From contig JAYZAY010000089.1 in the NCBI GenBank assembly GCA_036339465.1, positions 1,623 through 65,622 of the forward strand: a DNA stretch of 64,000 nucleotides, read 5' to 3'. Under the pieces are notes generated by a model. It was not told where the DNA came from. It saw nothing but the letters and a program-made list of their open reading frames with translations, and searched no databases. The stretch's first letter is position 1. The number at the start of each line of letters is the position of its first letter. This document shows positions 12,820 through 22,984 of the stretch, in pieces. Made by a program: the position numbers and the translations under genes. The stretch comes from Myxococcota bacterium (GTDB taxonomy: Bacteria > Myxococcota > XYA12-FULL-58-9 > JABJBS01).

Positions 12820-13846
12820 AACCTACGTCAACTCCATTTGTTTTTGAGGTAACCTGTCCTATTTCCGTCCAATTGGTAAATTCATTTCTGACGGTGGCTG
12901 CGGTTTCCAAAGACACGATAGCGACAAAACCGATTCCCATGTTGAAGGTCGATGCCATTTCTTCAGCACGAATATTTCCAGCTACCTGAATTGCGTTGAA
13001 AATCCTTGGAGGAGGGAGCTTGTTGGGCTTTAGTGTTGCCCCAAGGTGGGGTGGGATGAGCTTGTCGACTCGTCCTAGGAGTCCACCACCTGTAATGTGG
13101 GCGGCACCCCGAATTTCTACTTTTTCCAAGAGGCTCAAGACGGGCTTTACGTAGAGCTCTGTGGGGGTCAGTAACTCAAGTCCCAGGCTTTTGTCCCATC
13201 CTTCAGGGACGGTATCATGCCGAAAGCCCCCATGGTCAAAGAGCGCTTTGCGGGCCAAAGATAGGCCGTTTGAATGGACCCCAGAGGAAGGCAATCCAAA
13301 AATGATGTCGCCTTCAACCATGTCGGTTGACACCGGAACTCGATTTTCGTCCACGGTGCCTACGGCAAAACCGGCTAGGTCAAAGTCACCGGGTTTGTAG
13401 AGTCCGGGCATTTCTGCGGTTTCGCCTCCCACCAGTGCGCATTCTGCTTTTGCGCATGCTTCGGCGATACCGGTCACAATCTCCGAAAGTTGTGCTTGCT
13501 CAAGTTTTCCGGTGGCGATGTAGTCGAGAAAGAAGAGTGGTTTGGCCCCGGCGGGTAAAAGGTCGTTGACGTTCATGGCCACGAGATCTTGACCCAGCCC
13601 TTTAAATACCCCGACTTGTTGGGCGACGAGTAGTTTTGTTCCGACGCCGTCACAGGTGGCTGCGATCAGCGGGTTATCTCCAACCTTAGGCATTCGAACC
13701 ATGCCAGCGTAGGCGGTTTTCTTGACTACATCGGCGAATTTATGGGTGGCCTGCACCGCTTCTTGGATGTCGTCCACGAATTGGTCTGCGCCGTGTACGT
13801 CTACCCCTGAATCTTGGTAGGTGAGAGAATCGTGGGTATCGGCCAT
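12797..13846 (-). CDS. purM: Phosphoribosylformylglycinamidine cyclo-ligase (AIR synthetase)
   Basis: 349 aa with SLTYQDSGVDV, ATCDGVGTKL, FLDYIATGK and GVHSNG. An AGGGAG Shine-Dalgarno sits 8 nt upstream of the ATG. Confidence 0.95.
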   Translation of the reverse strand: MADTHDSLTYQDSGVDVHGADQFVDDIQEAVQATHKFADVVKKTAYAGMVRMPKVGDNPLIAATCDGVGTKLLVAQQVGVFKGLGQDLVAMNVNDLLPAGAKPLFFLDYIATGKLEQAQLSEIVTGIAEACAKAECALVGGETAEMPGLYKPGDFDLAGFAVGTVDENRVPVSTDMVEGDIIFGLPSSGVHSNGLSLARKALFDHGGFRHDTVPEGWDKSLGLELLTPTELYVKPVLSLLEKVEIRGAAHITGGGLLGRVDKLIPPHLGATLKPNKLPPPRIFNAIQVAGNIRAEEMASTFNMGIGFVAIVSLETAATVRNEFTNWTEIGQVTSKTNGVDVGYGKRNRP

Positions 13847-14283
13847 CTTAATTTCTCCCTGGGATGTGGGGGGATTCCAGCCATCTTTCGAAGCTGTTGG
13901 GCGCGGTTAATTGCGACGGTAATGGCACTGAAGAGTTGGGTTGTTCCATGGGGCAAGCCTAGAATTGAAGGATGGGATTGAAAGGTCTGGGTGGAATGGG
14001 TGAGCGATTGATGGCCAATGTTGGGGCAGAGTTGCCGGTGGATGTGCTTGGGCGGATTTTGGGTTGCAGGACTCTCTGCTTCGGGAGCACCGAAGAGTCT
14101 TGCGTGGATGGGCGTAGCCCTTTGTGTGGTTGGCCATTTACATGATGGTCTTTTGCCAACAAACCTATGGACATTATGAAAATCCTTAGGGACGAATTTG
14201 GTTGCTCCATGCCGAAAGATTGTCCGGGCTGTCAAGGGGCAGTGTAGTGGATTTTAGGGCAAGTCCCTATAGCTCTTTTGGAA

Positions 14284-15156
14284 TTATACGAGAATTTGGT
14301 CGTTGATCTCACGCGTTAAGCCGCTGATGACCGCGTCGTCGATTCCCAGAAGGGATTTTCCAATCATGATCATGGATTGAACACCGTCGTGGTCGGTAAG
14401 TCCCTCATATAACCCCTCGCGCTTTGCGAGTGCATTGGCAAATAGCACCGAATTTAGGGGCGATATTCGGTCGGATGCGTCATAGTCTTCAAATTCATCA
14501 ATGATTCGAATGATGATAGTGGGAAGATTCCAGCCGGCGATGATGGCTTTCCCGATGTCTCTTTGGAGCTCTTCCACAATGTGTAGCCAACTGTCCAAGT
14601 CAATCCAGTCCATAGCCTCACGGGTGGGAAGTCCCCTTTCGAATTCGAGTAGGTAGGCGGCGACGACGATTTTACCGATATCATGGAGGAGTCCGGCGAC
14701 AAACGCCGGTTCAACGTCGCGGCAGCCTGAAATACCGGCCACGTTACGAGCGAGGAGGCCTACCGCGAGAGAATGTTCGTATATTGCTGTAATTGTAGCG
14801 TTAATCCTTGGGTCATGGGAAACAAAGATCTGTCGTGAAATCGCTGTTAAGAGGATATTTTTTAGGCTTCGGAACCCAATCTGGCTGACTGCTTTACTCA
14901 TGCTCTCTTGTTTGCCCGAGCGCCTGTTCATTGAGCTGTTGGAGACTTTCATGACGTGCGCGATTAGGGTGGGGTCCTTATCGATCAACTTAATGATTTT
15001 ACTTTGGTCGGTTTTAGGGTCGTCGAGGAGTTGTTGGAGGTCCGATGCAACTTTTGGGAGGGTTGGCAGTACGAGGGTGCCTTGCTCAATCCGATGGAGT
15101 AAAATTTTCTTCAGAGTGGCCATCATTTTTGTGTAGTCATGGATTGCCATAATCAA
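14284..15156 (-). CDS. HDOD-domain signalling protein
   Basis: 290 aa with LPTLPKVASDLQQLLDDP and the degenerate HD segment GLLHDIGKIVV, both typical of HDOD proteins. Confidence 0.8.
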   Translation of the reverse strand: MIMAIHDYTKMMATLKKILLHRIEQGTLVLPTLPKVASDLQQLLDDPKTDQSKIIKLIDKDPTLIAHVMKVSNSSMNRRSGKQESMSKAVSQIGFRSLKNILLTAISRQIFVSHDPRINATITAIYEHSLAVGLLARNVAGISGCRDVEPAFVAGLLHDIGKIVVAAYLLEFERGLPTREAMDWIDLDSWLHIVEELQRDIGKAIIAGWNLPTIIIRIIDEFEDYDASDRISPLNSVLFANALAKREGLYEGLTDHDGVQSMIMIGKSLLGIDDAVISGLTREINDQILV

Positions 15157-15302
15157 CCGACGGTGTTTATAGGTGCGGCTTTTGTCGGACTACTTACCAA
15201 TAAGAAAATCCCTAGTAACATCGACCGACGCTAGTTTGTCTTAAACTTGTTTCTTAAGATATCTTAATCAATCTGAACGATTTCGGCTACAAACTTGTTT
15301 AG

Positions 15303-16421
15303 TCAGCTGCCTTCAATTGCTTCTTTTACGGTTCCATAGATTGGAATATCTGCAGTTTCCGCAATGCTGGAGAGGGTTTTGCCCACCGCGTCGTCCCCTA
15401 CAATTTTCAGGGCTAAGCCGACTTCCGAACATCGTTTCTGGGCCCCCATAAGAATTTTGGGTAGGGTTTCTGCGGGTGGAGAGCTGCTGAGATCCATGAT
15501 GACGTCTTCATAACAAGCGGAGGCACATTTCTCGATGGCTTCTGTTGAAAGCGACATGATCCGCCCCACGTAGTGGGCGCGACGATCTTTCGATTCGGGA
15601 AACGCCGCCAACGACATGACATTGTCTTCAAGGGAGAGAAGATCTTGAGCGTCGTAGTATTGGGAAAGAAAATCGTTTACCTGTGCAGGATCAAAGGGTT
15701 TGGTGAGGAAGCCGTCAAAGCCACTGTCTCGGGCGTCCTTTCCGGGGTTTTCATAGTTCCTCATATACAGAGCAATAAATGCTGCGGTAGGTTGAAGGAC
15801 TCGAAGCTGTGAGGTTAGGGCGGAGCTGTTGACATCGGGAATCACCATATCAACAACAATGGTTCGGAAGATGCGTTCTCGACAAGCGGCTAGGGCGGAT
15901 TGTCCATCCATGACGTTATTCACTTTGATGTGCTTGGGCATCATCGAGCGAAATTTTTTGGCCACGTTGTCCATATCGTCAATCATTAAGACGTCGACGA
16001 AGGGTTTACCTGCGGCGGGAGTGGGTCCAGAAAAAGTTTGAGCTGCGGGTCCAGGCTCAGCAACTTGAGGTCCAAGTACCTTGGTTATTTTCGCCATGAG
16101 CTCTTCGGGTTTAAACGGCTTAAGGATGTAATCATTGATCCCCAGCTGCATCATTGCACCGATGAGCGATGTTTTTGATTCCGCGGTGAGGAGAATGACT
16201 GGGGTCTTGTCCCCCCGTTCTCGCAGTTGCTTGAGCATTTCCGGCCCATCCATGACGGGCATGGTAACGTCAAGCAAAACGATGTCTACGGTTTCCTCTG
16301 AAAGAACGCCGAGTCCCTTTTCGCCATCTTCTGCTTCAAGGATCTCGAAACTTGAGCGCAGAGTTTTGGCGATGATTGTTCGTACGGCACGGCTATCGTC
16401 GACGGTGAGAATCCGGCTCAT
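15303..16421 (-). CDS. Response regulator with two receiver-type domains and a STAS-like C-terminus
   Basis: The ORF track extends to a TTG at 16511. I prefer the ATG at 16421 (MSRILTVDDSRAVR), which has GAGGAG 11 nt upstream. The first REC is canonical (DD...D in LLDVTMP...KP). The second (LMIDDMD...VVDMVIP...TKP) is more divergent. The C-terminal roughly 110 aa looks STAS-like. Confidence 0.75.
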   Translation of the reverse strand: MSRILTVDDSRAVRTIIAKTLRSSFEILEAEDGEKGLGVLSEETVDIVLLDVTMPVMDGPEMLKQLRERGDKTPVILLTAESKTSLIGAMMQLGINDYILKPFKPEELMAKITKVLGPQVAEPGPAAQTFSGPTPAAGKPFVDVLMIDDMDNVAKKFRSMMPKHIKVNNVMDGQSALAACRERIFRTIVVDMVIPDVNSSALTSQLRVLQPTAAFIALYMRNYENPGKDARDSGFDGFLTKPFDPAQVNDFLSQYYDAQDLLSLEDNVMSLAAFPESKDRRAHYVGRIMSLSTEAIEKCASACYEDVIMDLSSSPPAETLPKILMGAQKRCSEVGLALKIVGDDAVGKTLSSIAETADIPIYGTVKEAIEGS

Positions 16422-17017
16422 TATTTCACGTACTCCTCTGCTACTGACGTTTGTGTTGTAAGTGATACAAGTATTTTCGCCTGACCTGCCCTTAATGGAA
16501 AGTGCTCCCAAGCATTGGAAGCACTTCCTGGGCGTTTTACGACGTTTGGCGATCCTATATTCATAGGGAGTCGTGGGGAATTTGTAAGCTGAGGAATGCT
16601 CTTAATTTGACCGGTGGTCAGATTGGTAAGTTTTGTCATGGTGTGGTTGACCATTTCTGGGTCGACATCGGTGGTCTCCGCGGCAAACATTGCGGCTGTG
16701 AGTGGGGCAAAGGTCTGGGGATCCAGGTAAGGGGTATGGTTGCGCCATGCCTTCTAGGGGGCGGGGGTACGGCGGTATTGTGACTGTGCTGCAGTGCCGG
16801 GTTGCTGGAGCTGTCGTTGGCCATAGAGCAGTCGATATTGTCAATCAAAGTGTGTAGCACAGCAATTTTCTCCATCCTTCACAGAATACGGAGTCTACTA
16901 GGGTTTTGGTTCGAGTCAGATGCATGATTTTTTCGTGCGTTTGAGCATTATTGACTTTCTTGAACCCACTTTTATAGTCGCAGTACTTGGTTTTTGAATC
17001 AATAGTTGATGTAGAGA

Positions 17018-20000
17018 TTACTTTCTGCGTTCTTGTAGGTGAATGGGGGTAAGGGACTTACATCTTATATGGGTAACTCCCTCTGCTTGTTGGATATTCC
17101 CTAAAACTTTGAGCGCGGCACATTGAGTTGCAAGTACCCGATTTTTTTTAAAAAAATTGGGTTCTAAAACGAGATTAATAAAGCCGAATTCATCTTCAAG
17201 GGTGATAAAGAAAAAGCCTTTCGCATTGGAGGGGCGTTGTCTAACGGTGACGATTCCTGCGGTTTCAATCAGGCTATGATTCGGGCATTGGGCGAGTTTT
17301 AGACTGGTTACCATGCTAGATGAGAGATGTGGACGAAACAGAGCCATGGGATGAGATTTTATCGATAAACCAACATGTTGATAATCAGCCAAAATGTTTT
17401 CCAGTGTATCCATTTCTTTGAGAGGAGAATTGCTCAACGGTTTCGATAGGTTAGAGAATAAATCATGGTTTGAAGGATGAAAACGATTGATTTGCCAGAG
17501 TGAATTTCTTCGAGAGTGTCCAAAGCATTCTAATGCACCAGACTCAGCTAAGCTTAGGCGCTCAGTTTTATTCACTGTGGTTCGAATACAGAGGTCGTTT
17601 AAATTTTTGAATGGTGCTTCGCTGCGTGCCGACAAGATCGACTGCCCTGTGGAGCGGCGCAATTGATTCAGAAATCGAAGTCCAAGGCGAACGGTGTTTT
17701 TTTGGGGCATGGTACATTCCCAAGATGATTTTGAAATATCGATGGGGAAAACTTTTACGTTATGCCTTTGGGCGTCTTTTACCAAAGTGGCTGGTGAATA
17801 GAAGCCTAAGGGCCAGGCATTGAGCAATGCACAAAGAAAAACTCCGGGATAATAGACCTTTAGGTAAGCTGAAGCATAAGCAATTAAAGCAAATGAAGCA
17901 CTGTGACTTTCTGGGAATCCATAGAGGGCAAAAGACTGTATATATTGTATGAGTTCATTTTGGGTCTCGACAGGTATATTATTTCGCGTCATACCGCTTT
18001 TAAGCTTGCTTATAATGTCGCTCATGCGTGTTTCAGAGCGCTTGAAGCCCATGGCCCTTCGAAGCTCCTCTGCTTCGCCACCACTAAAGTCAGCAATGGC
18101 CATGGCTATTTTTAGTAGCTGTTCTTGAAAAATAGGGATCCCTAAGGTCCGTTTTAAGATAGGTTCTAGTTTGGGGTGGGGATACCGAATGGCTTCTGCT
18201 GCACTACGACGCTTAAGGTATGGATGCACCATTTTTCCGACGATGGGGCCGGGCCTTATGAGTGCGATTTCGACGACGAGATCGTAGAAGTTTTTGGGTT
18301 TAAGTCTGGGGAGCATGCTCATTTGGGCACGGCTTTCCAATTGGAAGACGCCCACGGTGTCGGCTTTTTGAAGTTGGCGATAAACCCGGGGGTCATTTTT
18401 TGGGATGTGTGCATAGTCGAGTTTAATATTTTCGGTTTGTTCTAGTAGTGGAATTGCCTTTTCAAGGGCATTGAGCATTCCCAAACCCAAAAGGTCTACT
18501 TTAATGAAGCCCAGGTCAGCACAGTCTTCCTTATCCCATTGAACGACGAATCTGTTTTTCATTGTAGCAGGTTCTATGGGGCATAGGGTGTCTAGCCTAC
18601 CTGACGCAAGTACCATTCCCCCCGAATGTTGCCCCAGATGCCGTGGAGTGTTTTGAAGTGACTCTGCTAGATTGCACCATAGCTTGAGACGTTTATCTTG
18701 GAGGTTCAGTCCAGAGTTTGAAAATGATTCTAAGAGTTCAGAAATAGAGGTTAGTGAGCTCCACTGCCCACATATTTTCGTGGCTTTGTCTATCTGTTGA
18801 GTGTTGATGCCCAAACACTTACCAACTTCTCGAATGGCACTTTTATTACGATAAGTTATAACATTTGCGGTCATAGCAATTCCATGGGGACCGTACTTTT
18901 TATACATATATTGAATAACCGCTTCTCTCTTCGCGCCAGAGGGGAGGTCCAAGTCAATATCTGGCCATTCTCCTCGTTCCTCGGAAAGAAATCGTTCGAA
19001 TAATAAATCCATTCCAATGGGATCGATGGCAGTGATTTCTAAACAGTAGCAGACAGCTGAATTGGCAGCAGAACCCCTTCCTTGTACCAATATATTATGG
19101 GATTTTGCATACCGTATGATGTCCCAAACAATTAAGAAATATCCAGATAATTTGAGCTTTTGGATGATGCCCAATTCTTTATCAAGTTGGTACTTTATCT
19201 TTTTTGTTTGTTTTTTGTATCTTATGGCGGCTCCTTCATAGACGAGGGTTCTGAGGTATTGGTTAGATTCTAAGTCTTTCGGTGTATTGAATTTAGGGAA
19301 TTCATAGGGAAGTGTCTCAAATTCGAACTCAATCCTTTCGGAGATCCTGTAGGAAGTGTGAAGTAAATTGGGGAGTCTTTCGAATACTTTTGATATCTCC
19401 AGGGGAGATTTTAGATACCTTTCCCGGTTTGGGTAGAGAAGGGTGCCGGCTTGGTCGAGGGTGGTATGGTGTTTAATACAGGTAACGATATCTAAAAGTG
19501 GTTTATCGTTTTTTAGTAGGTGTCGGACATTATTGGTGGCCACAGTTTGCAGGGAAAGCTCTTGGGCATATCTCAGTCCTTGTTTGACCTTTTCGATTTC
19601 GTTTCTTTCTAAATGGTAGTTGATTTCTAGGTAGAGATTTTCGCGTGAAAATATGTCGATGAGTGTTTGGAAATTGAGTGAAGAACAATGGAGGCCAGGG
19701 CCCATGAGTGCGATGAGACCAGGGGAGAATTCTCGTAATTCTTGAGAGAGGACAAGACATTTGGCTTTGCCACCTCGAAATCGTCCCAGGGTAATGAGCC
19801 GAGATAAATTTGCATACCCAGTTTTTGAGGTTGCTATGAGTCTTATCCACCCCAGATCTTGAAGGTGGATAATACTTCCAATGATTAGTTTGAGCCCTTG
19901 TTTTTGCGCTTCTCTGGCAGCTCGGGGAATAGCATACAATCCCCCGTAATCGGTGATGGCGAGAGCGGGGTAATTGAGCGCCGCAGCTTTTTGAACCAGT

Positions 20001-20071
20001 GCTTCCGGGGTTCCTGTGGATTGGAGAAAACTAAATCCTGTGCTGGCTCCGAGCTCGATATAGGACGACAT
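17018..20071 (-). CDS. dnaE2: Error-prone DNA polymerase III alpha-type subunit DnaE2
   Basis: 1017 aa. It has a PHP N-terminus (YIELGASTGFSFLQSTGTPEALV), a Pol III alpha core and a C-terminal OB fold. The size is typical of DnaE2 rather than DnaE1. An SOS-box-like palindrome lies upstream and imuA-imuB are in the same window. Confidence 0.88.
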   Translation of the reverse strand: MSSYIELGASTGFSFLQSTGTPEALVQKAAALNYPALAITDYGGLYAIPRAAREAQKQGLKLIIGSIIHLQDLGWIRLIATSKTGYANLSRLITLGRFRGGKAKCLVLSQELREFSPGLIALMGPGLHCSSLNFQTLIDIFSRENLYLEINYHLERNEIEKVKQGLRYAQELSLQTVATNNVRHLLKNDKPLLDIVTCIKHHTTLDQAGTLLYPNRERYLKSPLEISKVFERLPNLLHTSYRISERIEFEFETLPYEFPKFNTPKDLESNQYLRTLVYEGAAIRYKKQTKKIKYQLDKELGIIQKLKLSGYFLIVWDIIRYAKSHNILVQGRGSAANSAVCYCLEITAIDPIGMDLLFERFLSEERGEWPDIDLDLPSGAKREAVIQYMYKKYGPHGIAMTANVITYRNKSAIREVGKCLGINTQQIDKATKICGQWSSLTSISELLESFSNSGLNLQDKRLKLWCNLAESLQNTPRHLGQHSGGMVLASGRLDTLCPIEPATMKNRFVVQWDKEDCADLGFIKVDLLGLGMLNALEKAIPLLEQTENIKLDYAHIPKNDPRVYRQLQKADTVGVFQLESRAQMSMLPRLKPKNFYDLVVEIALIRPGPIVGKMVHPYLKRRSAAEAIRYPHPKLEPILKRTLGIPIFQEQLLKIAMAIADFSGGEAEELRRAMGFKRSETRMSDIISKLKSGMTRNNIPVETQNELIQYIQSFALYGFPESHSASFALIAYASAYLKVYYPGVFLCALLNAWPLGFYSPATLVKDAQRHNVKVFPIDISKSSWECTMPQKNTVRLGLRFLNQLRRSTGQSILSARSEAPFKNLNDLCIRTTVNKTERLSLAESGALECFGHSRRNSLWQINRFHPSNHDLFSNLSKPLSNSPLKEMDTLENILADYQHVGLSIKSHPMALFRPHLSSSMVTSLKLAQCPNHSLIETAGIVTVRQRPSNAKGFFFITLEDEFGFINLVLEPNFFKKNRVLATQCAALKVLGNIQQAEGVTHIRCKSLTPIHLQERRK

Positions 20072-20079
20072 ATCCGATA

Positions 20080-20095
20080 CTGATCAAATGTTCAG
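20080..20095 (-). promoter_or_regulatory. Candidate LexA (SOS) operator upstream of dnaE2
   Basis: The plus strand reads CTGATCAAATGTTCAG. In gene orientation this is CTGAACATTTGATCAG, one arm mismatch from CTGAAC-N4-GTTCAG. It ends 8 nt upstream of the dnaE2 start codon, inside the 81-nt gap after the SNF2 gene. Confidence 0.45.
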
Positions 20096-20152
20096 TATGA
20101 TGCAACATAAAAAGCCCGTTGTTGGGAATAATTTGGATTAAAATCGTCTGTA

Positions 20153-22981
20153 TTACTGGAGAAGAGCCAGAACTTCAGAGGTTGTGATCCGTTTTCCTTG
20201 CGCACTACCTTCACTGGTGAGGATACTTTCGGCAATGGCTTCTTTACGCTTGGCCAGTTCAACCACGCGCTCTTCAATAGTCTCAGCACAAACGAGTTTA
20301 TAGACGTTGACAGTTTGTGTTTGTCCCAAGCGGTGTGCCCGGTCTGTGGCTTGTCGTTCTACCGCAGGGTTCCACCATGGGTCATAGTGAATGACGGTAT
20401 CCGCTCGAGTAAGGGTGAGACCAACCCCGCCCGCTCGAAGAGAAACAACGATGATCGGAGGTCCTTCAGGATCTTGAAATTTGGCAACGACCTTATCTCT
20501 GTCCCGCGTACCACCATGGAGCCAAAGTGGATCCACACCCAAATCCTTGATGACTTCAATCAAGAGCTTTTGCATTTCGACAAACTGACTGAAAATAATG
20601 ATCGAGCGTCCGGAAGCCAATGCTTCTCTTACCAGTTCTCGGAAAAGTTCAAGCTTGGCCGAGTAGATGCCTTCTGGCATGACTTCCCCAGAGACCAAAC
20701 GAGGATCGCAGCATAGTTGTCGAAGTTTTGTAAGAGCGGCAAGAATGTCTAAGTGCGCTCTTTCCACACCAATGTCGGTGATTTTTTCTTCCACTTCCCG
20801 TTTGAGTCGCGCGATGAGCTGTTGGTAAACTATCTTTTGTTCTTCCCCAAGGTCACACCGTAATACACTTTCCACTTTTGCTGGAAGTTCTTTGGCGACT
20901 TCTGTTTTCAACCGGCGTAGAATGAGTGGGCTCACACGAGCACTCAACATATCGAGTGCATGTTGTTCACCACGACCGATGGGGCGAGCGTATTTCTTCC
21001 TGAATTGTCTTAGACTTCCGAGGAAACCGGGGGCGAGGAAATCAAATGTCGCCCACAATTCCTCTGGACGGTTTTCAATGGGGGTTCCGGTCAGGGCCAA
21101 TCGTCTTTCACTGGTGAGCTCACGAATTGCGGTAGCATTCTGGCTAGCAGCGTTTTTCGCACTTTGTGCTTCATCGAGGATGATGTACCTAAATGACATC
21201 TCTGCGAGCATTTCGACATCTCTTCTGAGAACACCATAACTGGTAACAATGATATCAGCTTGAGAAATATCGTGGGAATGGCGTACTTTGGGAGGACCGT
21301 GCCACAGGACCAGCTGTAGACTTGGGGCAAATCGCTCGAGTTCGTCTCGCCAAACAGTGACGACTGACGTGGGAGCCACGACCAGGGATGACTTTGAGCC
21401 TTCTTCTTCCTGTGCTTTCAGTAGGAGGGCGATGGCCTGGATGGTTTTTCCGAGACCCATGTCGTCGGCCAAAATACCCGTTAACCGGTGACGATGGAGC
21501 ATGGCCAGCCAATCGAGTCCACGTGCTTGGTATTCCCGCAGTGTTCCTTGTAGTCCAGCGGGTGGTACAATTTCTCGAGGACTGCAGTTAAGTGCTAGCT
21601 CGTCTAACCAGGCTTTGGTTGAATCATCGGCTGCCCTAAGGGCATCGGAGTCATCCATAAGCTTAAGGAGTCCGATGCACAGTGGACTTACGAGAATTCG
21701 ATTACTATCGGCACCGAGATCTTCTAGGATTTGTAATGCGCGCCGGAATTTTTCCGAGGGTGCCACGAAAGTACCATCTTTGAGTTTGAGGTACTTTTGC
21801 CCGGATTGTAGCCACTTGAGTAATTCCGTAATGGAGATCAGCTCAGTGATCACAATTTCTTCGTTATTTTCCGGGGACCAATCTTTGGGTTGTGCCAATA
21901 CGTTAATTTTGAGGTCCAGTAGTCCCGACTCTTGAATGAGTTTGATCTCGGTATCGATTCTAAGATCTTGGTGAAAGCTGGGCATATCGTCTGAACGGAT
22001 GATTTCCCAGTCACTTGGGAAGATGATAGCATCTGGATCCAAAGATTTTAGGGCCAGTTCCTGTTTACCGACGAAGACATCATTGTCTCGGCTGTATTTG
22101 AAACCGAGCATTCGAATATGTCGTCGAGCATCGTCTTCAGCGGCTAGGTCTCTTTCGAAGAGTCCTTCTACGGATCCTGAAGCTTCGATATAAGCTGAGC
22201 CGTGATTACCGGAATTAATACAAACCTTTTTACCGGCATAGGAAGCATCCAAAACCAGATGGACAAGATGTTCTTCTGTTTCAAAATCAGGTTTGCCGAT
22301 AGTGACAATAAACCGATCGGGAGCGCCTCGCTGGACTGAAAGTAAGTCTAGATCTTCTTCCGGAACGCCTGCGGCTAGAAGGTCTCGGGTGAGTTGGTCG
22401 CGCCTAGAGGGGGTGAGCTCTTTACTAAGTTTAATGCGTGGTGTTTGCTCCCAGAGATTTAAGTGCCATGGTTCTGGCGATTGGATCTTCAGGGTTTTAT
22501 TATTGGCAATGAAGTAAGCCTGACTGCCCGAGATGACCCGCCCACCTTCAGGGGATAACCAATTGCCCTGATCATCGATGAACATGAGACAAAGTTCCAA
22601 TTGACCCGATCCTACGGATGCACTTTTGGCTCTTGGTTGTAATTGGACTTCGCTCATTCGAAGTTTCTCGCCTTGGAAGTAGGTACGTCTCCGAGTCAAA
22701 AGTGGGATGAGTCGGGCGACTTGAACGTCTGAAAGCATACCAAAAGCTTGGCCTGCTCTGAGTTCTTTGGCTATTTCGTCGTCGAGAGGGTGAAGGTTTG
22801 GTAGAATTTCTTTGAACTCATTCTCATCAAGTGCTGTTGTTGAGCGATCCCGCTTTGCGAGGATATGAAAGCCCTGATTTCTACCGGAATTCTCTAGATC
22901 ATAGACCAGACGAACTGCAGTTTCCCCTGCTGAGCGCGACCCCCCGAACGCATTTTTCGTACTTCGTGCGTATGCCATCAA
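20153..22981 (-). CDS. SNF2/RapA-type DEAD-like helicase with a long N-terminal SNF2-associated region
   Basis: 942 aa with helicase motifs ILADDMGLGKT (I), ILDEAQSAKN (II), LTGTPIENR (III) and QATDRAHRLGQ (VI). Confidence 0.9.
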   Translation of the reverse strand: MMAYARSTKNAFGGSRSAGETAVRLVYDLENSGRNQGFHILAKRDRSTTALDENEFKEILPNLHPLDDEIAKELRAGQAFGMLSDVQVARLIPLLTRRRTYFQGEKLRMSEVQLQPRAKSASVGSGQLELCLMFIDDQGNWLSPEGGRVISGSQAYFIANNKTLKIQSPEPWHLNLWEQTPRIKLSKELTPSRRDQLTRDLLAAGVPEEDLDLLSVQRGAPDRFIVTIGKPDFETEEHLVHLVLDASYAGKKVCINSGNHGSAYIEASGSVEGLFERDLAAEDDARRHIRMLGFKYSRDNDVFVGKQELALKSLDPDAIIFPSDWEIIRSDDMPSFHQDLRIDTEIKLIQESGLLDLKINVLAQPKDWSPENNEEIVITELISITELLKWLQSGQKYLKLKDGTFVAPSEKFRRALQILEDLGADSNRILVSPLCIGLLKLMDDSDALRAADDSTKAWLDELALNCSPREIVPPAGLQGTLREYQARGLDWLAMLHRHRLTGILADDMGLGKTIQAIALLLKAQEEEGSKSSLVVAPTSVVTVWRDELERFAPSLQLVLWHGPPKVRHSHDISQADIIVTSYGVLRRDVEMLAEMSFRYIILDEAQSAKNAASQNATAIRELTSERRLALTGTPIENRPEELWATFDFLAPGFLGSLRQFRKKYARPIGRGEQHALDMLSARVSPLILRRLKTEVAKELPAKVESVLRCDLGEEQKIVYQQLIARLKREVEEKITDIGVERAHLDILAALTKLRQLCCDPRLVSGEVMPEGIYSAKLELFRELVREALASGRSIIIFSQFVEMQKLLIEVIKDLGVDPLWLHGGTRDRDKVVAKFQDPEGPPIIVVSLRAGGVGLTLTRADTVIHYDPWWNPAVERQATDRAHRLGQTQTVNVYKLVCAETIEERVVELAKRKEAIAESILTSEGSAQGKRITTSEVLALLQ

Positions 22982-22984
22982 AAC

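Noticed and set aside
13801-14235. Three minus-strand ORFs (144, 76 and 83 aa) filling the pur leader
   Set aside because: They overlap one another in different frames and encode Pro/His/Ser/Thr-rich low-complexity peptides. They lack Shine-Dalgarno sequences. They look like a by-product of the C-rich strand composition rather than genes.
13847-14283. Purine or ZTP (pfl) riboswitch in the pur operon leader
   Set aside because: I looked on the mRNA-sense strand for the purine-riboswitch core (UAUAAU...CCGUAAA type junctions). I also looked for the ZTP GGGUCGUGAC...CCGGGCGGA...CCGCCUGGGCA elements. Only a loose CCGCCCAAGCA fragment is present, which is not enough to call.
16422-16511. TTG-initiated 30-residue extension of the REC-REC-STAS regulator
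   Set aside because: Receiver domains start within a few residues of the N-terminus. The ATG at 16421 has a GAGGAG SD, and the extension has no homology features.
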